Shown here one piece after another: positions 32,396-42,421 of a stretch of 64,000 nucleotides of DNA; position 1 is the stretch's first letter, and every line of letters starts with the position of its first letter. The DNA is from Marinicella sp. (lineage in GTDB: Bacteria; Pseudomonadota; Gammaproteobacteria; Xanthomonadales; Marinicellaceae): the NCBI GenBank assembly GCA_965230295.1, contig OZ246001.1:3744001-3808000 (forward strand), in the 5' to 3' direction. The notes under the pieces are model-generated. The model searched no databases and was not told the DNA's origin. It was given only the letters and a program-made list of their open reading frames with translations. The position numbers and the translations under genes are program-made.

Positions 32396-33637
32396 ATGGC
32401 AATCAAAAAACCATTTCCTTTGTATCCCTTGTACAGCGAATTAAAAGAAATTTCACTGTCAGATTACCCACAGCTTGAAGCTGAGTTACAAACAATGAAT
32501 GACTGGCAAAGACAGCATTTTTGTTGGGGCCAAATGTTTCTAGAATACATTGGAAGAAATAAATCTGAACACACTTACACACGATTTAGAAATGAAACAG
32601 AACGATTTCTGCTTTGGTCGATGTACGTAAAAAATAAACCAATCGACACTTTTAAGAAATCTGACATTCTTGAGTATGCAGATTTTTGCTGGAAGCCACC
32701 AGCTTCATGGATAGCCACACGCAATCACGATAGATTTGTCTGGGACAATGGATTTTTTACTTCCAACAGATCATGGAAACCTTTCAAACTCCAGGCACCC
32801 AAAAGTCAAAAAGACAAAGAGATTTTAAAGAAAAAATATAAACCATCTCAACAAACATTAACCTCAACATTTACAGGAGTGATATCTTTTTTCAACTATT
32901 TGATGGGTGAAGAACTGGTGTTGGGAAACCCAGCACAAATTGCTAAAAAAGACTGTAAGCATTTCATCACAGAGTCGCAAATAAAAGAACCCAAGCGGTT
33001 GACTGAAGATCAATGGGAATTTGTTCTGAAAACTGCAGTTTTGATGGCAGATGAAAACCCAATATTTGAACGCAACTTATTCATCATTGCTTCATTGAAA
33101 GTATTGTTTTTAAGGATTTCAGAGCTATCTGAACGCAAAGAATGGTCGCCAGAAATGTCTCATTTTTGGGAAGATGCCACAAAAAACTGGTGGCTACGTG
33201 TGTATGGAAAAGGACGAAAAATAAGAGATGTCACTGTACCTGCAGACTTTTTGCATTTTTTAAAAAGATATCGAGAGTCTAGAAGCCTTAGCCCCCTACC
33301 CGACAGCAGTGATAAATCACCTTTGATTGAAAAAATTCGTGGGACTGGTGGCATGACGTCTCGACATCTTAGGAGACTTGTTCAAGATACTTTTGATCAT
33401 GCGTATAGCTCCATGAGTAAGTCTGCTGGCAAAATCGAAGCAAGAAAGCTTAAAGAAGCCACCACACATTGGCTCAGACACACTGGTGCGAGCATGGAAA
33501 TTGAAAGAGGAAGATCTTTAAAAGATCTATCTGAGGATTTGGGTCATGCCAGTATGGCTACCACTGATACGGTTTATGTACAAACTGAGAATAAAAAGCG
33601 TGCAGAAAGTGGTAAGACCAGAAAAGTCATTAAATAA
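32396..33637 (+). CDS. Tyrosine recombinase/integrase
   Basis: LRISE, GKGRK, HWLRH, LGH...T..VY catalytic set. Confidence 0.92.
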   Translation: MAIKKPFPLYPLYSELKEISLSDYPQLEAELQTMNDWQRQHFCWGQMFLEYIGRNKSEHTYTRFRNETERFLLWSMYVKNKPIDTFKKSDILEYADFCWKPPASWIATRNHDRFVWDNGFFTSNRSWKPFKLQAPKSQKDKEILKKKYKPSQQTLTSTFTGVISFFNYLMGEELVLGNPAQIAKKDCKHFITESQIKEPKRLTEDQWEFVLKTAVLMADENPIFERNLFIIASLKVLFLRISELSERKEWSPEMSHFWEDATKNWWLRVYGKGRKIRDVTVPADFLHFLKRYRESRSLSPLPDSSDKSPLIEKIRGTGGMTSRHLRRLVQDTFDHAYSSMSKSAGKIEARKLKEATTHWLRHTGASMEIERGRSLKDLSEDLGHASMATTDTVYVQTENKKRAESGKTRKVIK

Positions 33638-33773
33638 AGTTTTCTTTTCAATAGTATAAAAGGCTTTTCTAAAAGTTCAGATCACTTCAATCTGACCGCT
33701 GCTAATACCTTCTACGTATAGGTTTGATGCTCAAACTGTCATTAAATCATAAGAATTGTATATGCGAGGTTGT

Positions 33774-34427
33774 TTAGCCACCTGGTGTAAACAGTTGAAT
33801 GAACTCACTCCAGTCAATGAAGATTGACATGATGGTGGCAACGATGCTTAACAATGCAAGAATACGTGACACTAAATCATATGATTTACTTGTAGCAAGC
33901 GTGTCGTATCTTTGTTGGTTAATGATGCCAAAGAATTTGAGTAGTCCAATGGGTGCTCTGATGATCCGTTTAATGCCTCTGGGGTAAAGGTTTGCAAAAG
34001 AATAGCTGAGTTCGGGTGATTTCTGTAACTGTTCCAACTGTCCATTTAACTTCAACAATGTGTCATTTAAACGGTTGTATACCTCCGTGGCCAAACGCCC
34101 TGTGCTTGTTAAGAGTTCATCCCTTAATTCCGGAACAAAATTAAGAAACAATTGATAATTCGTGTGGATATATGATGCACCAATTGGCTGGTATTGAAAT
34201 CGTGTACCGAACTTGTTTGATATTGACTGCATCTTTTGTGATGATTTCATCAGCCATGAATATTGATCATCAGAACGTGCACGTGTTTTGTAATACTCAG
34301 TCAATTTATCTTGGTAAAGAATAATGAATTCATTTTGATCGGATATTGACTGTTTCATCTTTGCAACGCTCATAAAACCTAGCAAGTAAGGTAGCGACAA
34401 AATGCCGATGATGATTATGTATTCCAT
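33774..34427 (-). CDS. Hypothetical membrane protein (N- and C-terminal TM helices)
   Basis: 217-aa ORF with hydrophobic ends; no motif recognised. Confidence 0.7.
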   Translation of the reverse strand: MEYIIIIGILSLPYLLGFMSVAKMKQSISDQNEFIILYQDKLTEYYKTRARSDDQYSWLMKSSQKMQSISNKFGTRFQYQPIGASYIHTNYQLFLNFVPELRDELLTSTGRLATEVYNRLNDTLLKLNGQLEQLQKSPELSYSFANLYPRGIKRIIRAPIGLLKFFGIINQQRYDTLATSKSYDLVSRILALLSIVATIMSIFIDWSEFIQLFTPGG

Positions 34428-34718
34428 ATACTATTTGATTGATTTTGGTGTTTTGGGGCCCGGCGCATGCAAAAAAATAGATATCAACATCATTAGCACA
34501 CATCCTTCACTCGCAAGACAATGTACATCAATCAATAATAAATGTATACCGTCATGCTTTGATAAGCATGATCTGATGCGCCGTACACTGAACCTTAACT
34601 TTCCACATCACTCAAAGTATCAAAATATAAAAAGCAAGCAAATAAAACCCTTAATATCTGCAGCTTAAGTGATCACTGATGCATAATTTGGCTGGATATT
34701 GTCCAACACCCTTCTAAA

Positions 34719-34922
34719 GCTCGCAAACTTAAAGAAGCCACAACTCATTAGCTACGTCATACAGGAGCCAGTATGGAGATTGAACGTGGACATGCTTTAA
34801 AAGATCTGTCGGAAGATTTAGGACATGCGAGCATGGCAATGACTGATACTGTCTATGTTCAAACTGAGAATAAAGTCAGAGCTGAAAGCGGAAAAAGTAG
34901 AAAAGTTGACTCTGAAAAGTAA
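34719..34922 (+). pseudogene. 3' fragment of a paralogue of the 32396-33637 integrase
   Basis: Translates ARKLKEATTH*LRHTGASMEIERGHALKDLSEDLGHASMAMTDTVYVQTENKVRAESGKSRKV, with TAG in place of TGG. Confidence 0.9.
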
Positions 34923-35190
34923 ACTGTTTCAATAGCTTACATAGGTTTGGTGTCCATTTTTGGTTAAATCCGGCACTTCACCCTATATTCATTGTAAGTC
35001 ATTGATTTCACACTTGGCAGGGATTTTTTGAGTGTACAAATAACAAATTCTGAACGGATATAAATACACAAATGCAATCATATCCGCATATTACGGGCTA
35101 AAAGTTGATTTTGAGGTTTTTTTCTTTGGATATGATTCTGCGCCAGGTCGTCAGGTAACACTTAGTTAGCATATTTCCACCCATTAATTA

Positions 35191-35218
35191 GTACCACATA
35201 AAACACGTTATGTTATAC
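35191..35218 (+). other. dif-like 11-6-11 recombination site
   Basis: GTACCACATAA-AACACG-TTATGTTATAC; right arm 9/11 to the XerD arm TTATGTTAAAT; 27 bp before the integrase ATG. Confidence 0.65.
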
Positions 35219-35245
35219 TAATAGGGCATTCATAGATTAGCCAGA

Positions 35246-36196
35246 ATGGACCTAACTACACTCAATAATTCCCAGCTACCTTCTATTATTACTGTTGAGC
35301 CAGTAGCAACGCAGAAAGCTTTCATCAATTTCTTTACTGCATCGATACAAAATTCCAATACACGCCAGGCATATTACAGGAACACATTGCGTTTTTTAAA
35401 ATGGGTGATGGCCAGACAAATGAAGTTAGGAGATGTTGAGCCATTTCATGTAGCAGCATATAGGGAAGTGCTGATCAAAGATTTATCAGCACCAACAGTC
35501 AAGCAACATCTATCTGCATTGAAAATGCTGTTTGATTTTATGGTAGAAAAACAGTGCATTGCATTTAATCCTGCTGCAGGTGTAAAACCACCCAAGCACT
35601 CATACAAGAATGGCAAAACACCAAAGCTGACCCAAGAACAAACAAGGATGTTCTTTGATAGTATGGATGGTACTAAGTTAATTGATTACCGAGACAGGGC
35701 TTTAATTTCGGTTATGCTTTTTTCATTTGCACGTATTTCAGCGACCGTTGGAATGCGAATATGTGATTACCGAGTAAATGGACGAGAAGCTGAGTTTTTG
35801 CTGATCGATAAAGGAGGGCAGGAGAAAATAATACCAGTACATCATATAGCAGCTAGGTATGTAGATGAATACATAGAACAAGCTGGTTTTCACTCACAGT
35901 CTAACGAATATCTGTTCCGTAGTTTTGAAAAAGGTAAATCTGAATTATCAAATAAGCCACTTGACCGAACGAATGCCTGGGCAATGGTTAAACGTAGAGC
36001 GAAAAGGGCTGGCCTATCTAATTTAATTTCAAACCATACATTCCGGGGAACAGGTATGACTAATTTTTTAGAAAATGGCGGAGAACTAGAAATTGCTCAA
36101 GAAATAGCTGGACACTCTGACGTAAGAACTACAAAATTGTACGATGGAAGAAAACATAAAGCGACAAAATCAGAAATTGAAAGAATAAGGTTTTAA
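35246..36196 (+). CDS. Tyrosine recombinase (XerC/D-like, possible resolvase)
   Basis: NTRQAY, APTVKQHLSAL, YRDRALI...FARISA, DKGG, NHTFR, AGHSD.RTTKLY; no IntI-specific insertion seen. Confidence 0.92.
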   Translation: MDLTTLNNSQLPSIITVEPVATQKAFINFFTASIQNSNTRQAYYRNTLRFLKWVMARQMKLGDVEPFHVAAYREVLIKDLSAPTVKQHLSALKMLFDFMVEKQCIAFNPAAGVKPPKHSYKNGKTPKLTQEQTRMFFDSMDGTKLIDYRDRALISVMLFSFARISATVGMRICDYRVNGREAEFLLIDKGGQEKIIPVHHIAARYVDEYIEQAGFHSQSNEYLFRSFEKGKSELSNKPLDRTNAWAMVKRRAKRAGLSNLISNHTFRGTGMTNFLENGGELEIAQEIAGHSDVRTTKLYDGRKHKATKSEIERIRF

Positions 36197-36317
36197 TCTG
36201 TTACTTCTATTATTCAAAGGAGGGATAAAATTAATCAAGTTAGATCCATAATATTTTAGAAGTGGTATTTATTTCTAAAATGGACTTCAAAAACATAACT
36301 TTTTAGGAGAAATTATA

Positions 36318-37451
36318 GTGGCTTCAACTGATGCAGAACTTATTGAATTCTTTGAACTGAATCAAGGGACTCTTACTCAGGAGAGGAGTGATTTCTTACT
36401 GCCTCAAATTGTAGATTTTGTTGTTGATAGAAAATGGATTAATGCATCACCCGAATATCAGAGGCGTCAAGTATGGGACAACAAAAAGAAATCTCGGCTT
36501 ATTGAGTCTTTATTAATGAATGTTCCAATACCACCTATTTACCTTTTTGAAAATGATTACAACCGCTACGAAGTTATGGATGGTCAACAAAGGCTTCATG
36601 CTGTAGTAGACTTTTATAAAAATACGCTCAAATTGACCGGCCTTGATTCTTGGAAGTCTTTTAATGGCCTAACATATGACAGTCTTCCAGAGAAAATTAA
36701 AAGAGGCTTAGATAGAAGACGCTTAAATTCAACCGTAATAATAACAGATCTAAAAAATCAAGCTTACGACACATCGGATATAAGACGACAAGTTTTTGAT
36801 AGGCTTAACACTGGCGGTATGCCACTTCAAGCTCATGAACTCCGTAACTGCCTATTTCCAGGTAAGTTTAATAAATTATTAATTGAACTTTCATCCCACC
36901 CAATTTTTACTGATGCATTTAAGATACCTCGTCATTCTGCTCATGTAACTCAGGGGGGAAGAATAAACCCAACATTAGCAAAAAATTCTTTGTTCAGAAG
37001 AATGAAAGACTGTGAGTATGTACTTCGTTTCTTTGCCTTTCGACCAGAGAAAGCTATCAGAAGCTCAATCCCTAAAATTTTAGACCGGTGCATGGAAGAG
37101 AATCTTGAATGCAATGAAACAACAGTTAATAAGTTTAGATTAGACTTTGAAAGATGCCTAAATCTATCAAGTCAAATGTTTGAAGAAAAGGTGTTTCAGT
37201 TGCCTGGTAGCTATGGAAATGGTAAGGCATCTGTACCATTGTATGATGCAACAATGATTGCGATTGATCGATTGAAAGGACATGATGATGAGCTGTTAAA
37301 AGCAGGCCCCAAAGCCATGAAAATTTTAGAAGAGAAATTAGAAGATACCAATTACTATGAAATAGTTATTGGTAAAACTGGTACAGCTAAAGCTATGAAG
37401 GCTAGAATAAATCTTCTAACAGCAATACTTAAAGAGGCAGCGAATATTTGA
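36318..37451 (+). CDS. DUF262 (ParB/Srx-like, GmrS-type) protein
   Basis: PEYQRRQVW, LIESLL..VPIP, VMDGQQRL, FDRLNTGG.PL...ELRN. Confidence 0.9.
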   Translation: MASTDAELIEFFELNQGTLTQERSDFLLPQIVDFVVDRKWINASPEYQRRQVWDNKKKSRLIESLLMNVPIPPIYLFENDYNRYEVMDGQQRLHAVVDFYKNTLKLTGLDSWKSFNGLTYDSLPEKIKRGLDRRRLNSTVIITDLKNQAYDTSDIRRQVFDRLNTGGMPLQAHELRNCLFPGKFNKLLIELSSHPIFTDAFKIPRHSAHVTQGGRINPTLAKNSLFRRMKDCEYVLRFFAFRPEKAIRSSIPKILDRCMEENLECNETTVNKFRLDFERCLNLSSQMFEEKVFQLPGSYGNGKASVPLYDATMIAIDRLKGHDDELLKAGPKAMKILEEKLEDTNYYEIVIGKTGTAKAMKARINLLTAILKEAANI

Positions 37452-38242
37452 TGCCACTTTCTAATACTTTGAAAGCATTTGAGGCGAGGCTTGATGAGAT
37501 AGCTACACATCAACAATTTGTTTCCTCTTCTTTGAAAATAGGCAGAGAAGCTTCTTCTTATTGGGATTACAAGACACTCACACAAGTGAATAATATTAAA
37601 AGTTTAGTTAATGAACATCAAGCTGGAAGTAAGCAAGTTCGGCTTGAAGATTTATGTGGTGCGTTATCTGTACAATTATTTGCTGCTGTTGAGTGGTTTA
37701 TTGGTCAAACATTAACTAAGTCTGTGCAAAGAATTAGTAATTTAGTTGAAAATTTTGATGATCTTCCTCCCGAGGTTAACAAAAACCATATCATTCTGAC
37801 AGGAAGGGCTCTTACTAGAATATTTGAGTCACCACCTCATGAACGTTTAGATAAAGATAAATTATTTAGAAGCCTTTCAGGATGTGTAAAAGGTAGTAAG
37901 TCTTTTGAGATTAATGACGACATTTTTTCATTTTATTTACCTAATATTGATTCAACCAACTTATCTAAATGCTTATTAAGAATTGGATTAAAACTTGATT
38001 GGGATTTAATTGGTGAAAATAAAAATTTACAAAAACTTTTTCAAGTGACATCCAAGAGAAAGACTGCTAATGAATGTTCAACTTTTTTAGATCAGTGTGC
38101 AAAAAACAGAAATGCTGTTGCACACAGAGGTGATGGTTCTGCTACCACTGAATTTGAAGAGCTTACAAAACAGATTTTTTTCTTTAGGAATTTATCCAAG
38201 TCATTGGTTGAACAGGTTATTTCACATTTAAATCAAATTTAA
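37448..38242 (+). CDS. HEPN-family putative RNase
   Basis: RNAVAH (R-x4-H) near the C-terminus; overlaps the DUF262 gene. Confidence 0.8.
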   Translation: MMPLSNTLKAFEARLDEIATHQQFVSSSLKIGREASSYWDYKTLTQVNNIKSLVNEHQAGSKQVRLEDLCGALSVQLFAAVEWFIGQTLTKSVQRISNLVENFDDLPPEVNKNHIILTGRALTRIFESPPHERLDKDKLFRSLSGCVKGSKSFEINDDIFSFYLPNIDSTNLSKCLLRIGLKLDWDLIGENKNLQKLFQVTSKRKTANECSTFLDQCAKNRNAVAHRGDGSATTEFEELTKQIFFFRNLSKSLVEQVISHLNQI

Positions 38243-38390
38243 TAGAATTTTGGGCTACAAGTATCATCAGTATTATTTCTTTAAAATTCATAAAATATTA
38301 CTGGATACCAAATTAACCACTTTAATAGGAAATTAACTCCTTTAGTTGTAGAAAAGTAACCACTTTGGTTGGACGTCCAAAACTAAAGAT

Positions 38391-38540
38391 ACAACTAAAC
38401 CACTAAACATAATCAGCTCGTAAGTTATTGATTTTCCCATTCTGAAACAACTTTTACAACTAACCTACTAAACAAAATGGCTTGGATTGCTCAATTATTT
38501 CTGAAGTTCTTATTAACAACTAACCCACTAAACTAACACA
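38391..38540 (-). repeat. Tn7-type transposon end: three 18-bp TnsB-like sites plus terminal TGT
   Basis: ACAACTAAACCACTAAAC (38391), ACAACTAACCTACTAAAC (38456), ACAACTAACCCACTAAAC (38516), then TAACACA ending at 38540; minus strand reads TGTGTTAG-TTTAGTGGGTTAGTTGT. Confidence 0.75.
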
Positions 38541-39481
38541 CCACGATTAGTTCTAATAATTTCATGATTAGTTTAAATCCTATTTCACCTAGGTTTAAGC
38601 TTGGTGTAGGGGGCATCGAAACCTTTCCGTATTACCAAGGCTGCTGAACCTTGTAGACAAAAACACAATAACATGAAATGTGAAAGAAACAGTGCCTGGA
38701 GAAGGTTCAAAAATATAACTCCAATTCCTAGTAATGTACGTTTATATTTAATATGCTCGCCCAACCAACCTGGTCTGGATTTAACACTGATTCTGGTTTT
38801 TTCGTGACTCTAATTTCACTCATTATTTTCCTTCTTTATTGGGAACATAGCATTTATACCTTTATAAACGCTCAATTTTCCTAACACATTAGGAAAATAG
38901 TTTACCTGTACACCGGAGCAGTCTGTTCTTCCAATATTTTGGTATGGGTTAAAGTTGGGCAGGTTTTACCCGATTCCACTATCTTCGTGATAGTGTGTTA
39001 CAAAGTTTGGTTTATTTCATTCCAATTTTCATCATCTTATCTTTTAATACTTTTAAAACATTAACTGCTACAAAATTTATTTAAAATTCAACAAATTTAA
39101 TAACTGTCATGAGGCATGTTTATTAAGCTGAGTGAATATGCAATTGAAGTCTATGAGCCAGTGTCTCATTAATGTCAACTTGTTCGTGCCTTTGATTTAG
39201 ATTTTGAATTAAAAAAGGGTTTGAGCAATTATTTAAGGCATTCAAGCATGAATCAAGTTTCAATTGCAGATGATCTAGAAGCCAAAATAAAAGCGTGCCT
39301 TAAAAAGGCGGGTTTAACGTAAAAAAAAGTTCATATTGCTAGGTCTCTGGATTAGTGAAATTAATGTTTTGGCAACATCGTTAAGATGTTGATGAGACTA
39401 TCTATTAGCAAGGTCTTGTCATATCACTATTCTGTTAAAAGACATTAATTAATCTCAAACAACTAAATGCGGAGATAAAAA

Positions 39482-41752
39482 ATGATAAGCATGATTCATA
39501 AGTCCCTATTTATCCTTGGGTTGATTATATTGAGCATAAAGTCTAATGCTTGCGGTGGCAATACTGATATGTTTGTTACCACATGGCAAACAAACATTGC
39601 AAACCCAAATGAGCAATCTTTACATATTGTTCTAACCAATGGTGGATTTGATGACTATAGCTATAATGTAGATTGGGACTGTGACGGCGAGTTTGATGAA
39701 ACAGATATTACTGGTGATTTGGTTCACACATTTGGTTCCCCTGGCACATACCAAATTGGTATATATGGTGATTTTCCATCTTTCAAATTAGTTCACAGCG
39801 CAATAAACGAGAAGCAGAAACTAGTTGGAATTGAACAATGGGGTACCAACAACTGGAGGAGCATGTCAAGGGCGTTTCAAGGTGCTTCTAATTTAGTTGT
39901 TAACGCAACTGATATTCCAAATCTTTCATCTGTGAGCGGATTGAATAACATGTTTGAAGGTGCCACCTATGCCAACCCAGATGTAAGCAACTGGGATCTT
40001 TCAAATATAGATAATATTTCAGGCATGTTCCGCGCGGTAAACTTTAACCCTGATGTCAGCAATTGGGATACATCTAATATTGTAACAATGGTCCGAGTTT
40101 TTGAAAATGCATTGGGCGCGGAACCTGATGTCAGCAACTGGAATACCTCCTCAGTTACCAACATGAGCTATATGTTCTCTGGAGCGAGCAGTGCTGACCC
40201 TGATGTAAGTGGTTGGGATACCTCCAACGTAACCAACATGAGTAATATGTTTTCTGGAGCGAGCAGCGCTGAGCCTGATGTAAGTAGTTGGGATACCTCC
40301 AATGTGACCAGAATGAACTCAATGTTTCGAGATGCTACCAAGGCTAACCCTGATGTAAGTGGTTGGGACACCTCCAACGTGACCTACATGAGTAGTATGT
40401 TTTTTGGAGCGAGCAGTGCTGAGCCTGATGTAAGTGGTTGGGACACCTCTAACGTGACCAGCATGGTCTCAATGTTTTTTGGAGCGAGCAATGCTAACCC
40501 TGATGTAAGTGGTTGGGATACTTCCAACGTGACTGACATGAGCGCAATGTATTATGGAGCGAGCAATGCTAATCCTGATGTAAGTGGTTGGGATACCTCC
40601 AATGTGACCAGAATGAACTCAATGTTTCGAGATGCTACCAAGGCTAACCCTGATGTAAGTGGTTGGGATACTTCCAACGTGACTGACATGAGCCTAATGT
40701 ATTATGGAGCGAGCAATGCTAATCCCGATGTAAGTGATTGGGATACTTCCAACGTGCTCAACATGGGTTTTATGTTTTTTGAAGCGAGCAGTGCTAACCC
40801 TGATGTAAGCGGTTGGGATACTTCCAACGTGACTGACATGAGCGCAATGTATTATGGAGCGAGCAATGCTAACCCTGATGTAAGTGATTGGGATACTTCC
40901 AACGTGGTCAACATGGGTTCTATGTTTTTTGAAGCGAGCAGTGCTAACCCTGATGTAAGCGGTTGGGATACTTCCAACGTGACCAACATGGGTTTTATGT
41001 TTTTTGAAGCGAGCAGCGCTAACCCTGATGTAAGTGGGTGGGACACCTCCAACGTGACCAACATGAATTTTATGTTTTCTGGAGCGAGCAACGCTCACCC
41101 AAATATACTTTCCTGGAACATTGAAATGGTAATCCATATGTATAAATTCTTGACTGATTCATCTCTACCACCGAGGCAATATGACCTAACACTCCAAAAC
41201 TTTGCTTCTCAAAATGTTCAAAGTGATGTCGATTTTTCTGCAGGGGATTCTTGGTACTGTGATGATGTTAATAGGCAGGTACTTATTAATAAAGGCTGGG
41301 ATATTTTCGATGCAGGTCAAGGCTGTGGTTTGGACTTGTCAGTTTCCATAAATAATATTGCCCCTCATGTAGTTGGTGGAGAGATAGTGAAATACATTGT
41401 TACGGTAAAGAACACTGGATATGAGGACTCACTACCAGGAAACTCAACACTGGAAATCAATTATTCTCCAGCTCATTTTAACCTAGTAAGCTTCGAGTGT
41501 TTATCACTTGTCAATGCAACTTGTTTTGACGATGGCGGCATATTAAGTTTTACAATTGATGCATTTGCTGAGAGCGAGATGAAGGTGTTGATATCGGCAG
41601 TACCGAATGCTTTAATTGGTTCACAGGTGAATATGCAAAGCAACATTTCAGTGGTTAATCAGGAGGACCTGTTTATGCCAGATAATCAAGACGAACTGAT
41701 CGAAGTTGTTCTGGCTTCTGATGATCCTATTTTTTACAGTCGTTTTGACTAA
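39482..41752 (+). CDS. Secreted DUF285/BspA-like repeat protein
   Basis: Signal peptide, FVTTW, IEQWG..W.SM, about 15 x 25-aa ANPDVSGWDTSNVT.M..MF repeats, Ig/DUF11-like domain; ends DPIFYSRFD. Confidence 0.9.
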   Translation: MISMIHKSLFILGLIILSIKSNACGGNTDMFVTTWQTNIANPNEQSLHIVLTNGGFDDYSYNVDWDCDGEFDETDITGDLVHTFGSPGTYQIGIYGDFPSFKLVHSAINEKQKLVGIEQWGTNNWRSMSRAFQGASNLVVNATDIPNLSSVSGLNNMFEGATYANPDVSNWDLSNIDNISGMFRAVNFNPDVSNWDTSNIVTMVRVFENALGAEPDVSNWNTSSVTNMSYMFSGASSADPDVSGWDTSNVTNMSNMFSGASSAEPDVSSWDTSNVTRMNSMFRDATKANPDVSGWDTSNVTYMSSMFFGASSAEPDVSGWDTSNVTSMVSMFFGASNANPDVSGWDTSNVTDMSAMYYGASNANPDVSGWDTSNVTRMNSMFRDATKANPDVSGWDTSNVTDMSLMYYGASNANPDVSDWDTSNVLNMGFMFFEASSANPDVSGWDTSNVTDMSAMYYGASNANPDVSDWDTSNVVNMGSMFFEASSANPDVSGWDTSNVTNMGFMFFEASSANPDVSGWDTSNVTNMNFMFSGASNAHPNILSWNIEMVIHMYKFLTDSSLPPRQYDLTLQNFASQNVQSDVDFSAGDSWYCDDVNRQVLINKGWDIFDAGQGCGLDLSVSINNIAPHVVGGEIVKYIVTVKNTGYEDSLPGNSTLEINYSPAHFNLVSFECLSLVNATCFDDGGILSFTIDAFAESEMKVLISAVPNALIGSQVNMQSNISVVNQEDLFMPDNQDELIEVVLASDDPIFYSRFD
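39971..41100 (+). repeat. 75-bp coding tandem repeat array
   Basis: gctaaccctgatgtaagtggttgggatac(c/t)tccaacgtgac recurs every 75 bp. Confidence 0.95.
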
Positions 41753-41874
41753 TTTAATGCATAAGTACTTTATGGCACAAATAAATACTGTTCTGAATAA
41801 GTGGAAAAAGTATATATTGTTTGCTTTTCATATAAAGATGTATCGGAATCAGTCATGAAAGAACATAAACATTA

Positions 41875-42175
41875 AGAGATAATGAGCCTGGTATAATCAT
41901 CCAGTATGTTTACAAATAATTCTAACCCCAGCCAATAATCTTGAAGTAAGTAAAATCATTCTGCCAAATCTGATTCATTCGGGTACTGGGTTTGTCAAAC
42001 TTATCTAAAGCTTGCACCAGAATGTAAGCTGGAGATTTAACCAAGCCTTGTAACTTCAACAGCCTTTACTTTGATTATGATATATGAAACCTTGGGAATC
42101 GCTATATTTGACCGTCAGTTCTTGTGGCGTTACATTGGCATGGTTCAAAGCCATTTCAGCAATGGCTTGTTTCAG
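41875..42175 (-). pseudogene. IS3-family transposase remnant
   Basis: Minus strand gives ALNHANVTPQELTVKY / LVKSPAYILVQA.DKF...NQIWQNDFTYFKIIGWG*NYL* / ILDDYTRLII with stops and frameshifts. Confidence 0.75.
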
Positions 42176-42273
42176 TGATAAAGTTTCTGCGCAAAGATTT
42201 TTTGAGAACCAAAAGAGTGCAGGATACTCTGGCCTTACAACAACGCCCTCATATTACATTTAGCTAATTTGTT

Positions 42274-42337
42274 TGCAACAATTTTAAAATTTATTGCAAC
42301 CAGCTTAATATCGCCCCTAAAACATTATTCATATTAT
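42274..42337 (+). promoter_or_regulatory. TGCAAC-N15-TGCAAC box with -10-like TATTAT
   Basis: Half-sites at 42274 and 42295; TATTAT at 42332. Confidence 0.65.
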
Positions 42338-42421
42338 GTGTGTATGCACGATTTTTTCTGAATTTTCGTGAACTGAGAAAAATCAATCATTTGAATGGCT
42401 TAGATCTACTGATCAATATTA

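Noticed and set aside
32396-36196. Either tyrosine recombinase as the integron integrase
   Set aside because: No IntI-specific insertion or motifs, and both are over 22 kb from the cassettes.
38391-38533. Three spaced direct repeats as a mini-CRISPR array
   Set aside because: Repeats are only 18 bp and non-palindromic, with 47- and 42-bp gaps, no cas genes nearby and a terminal ACA; a transposon end fits better.
38550-39330. Coding-like fragments right of the transposon end
   Set aside because: Interrupted frames with no motif I can identify, so the insertion target gene cannot be named.
39971-41100. 75-bp array as CRISPR or DGR target
   Set aside because: In-frame coding repeats; no reverse transcriptase or template repeat in the window.
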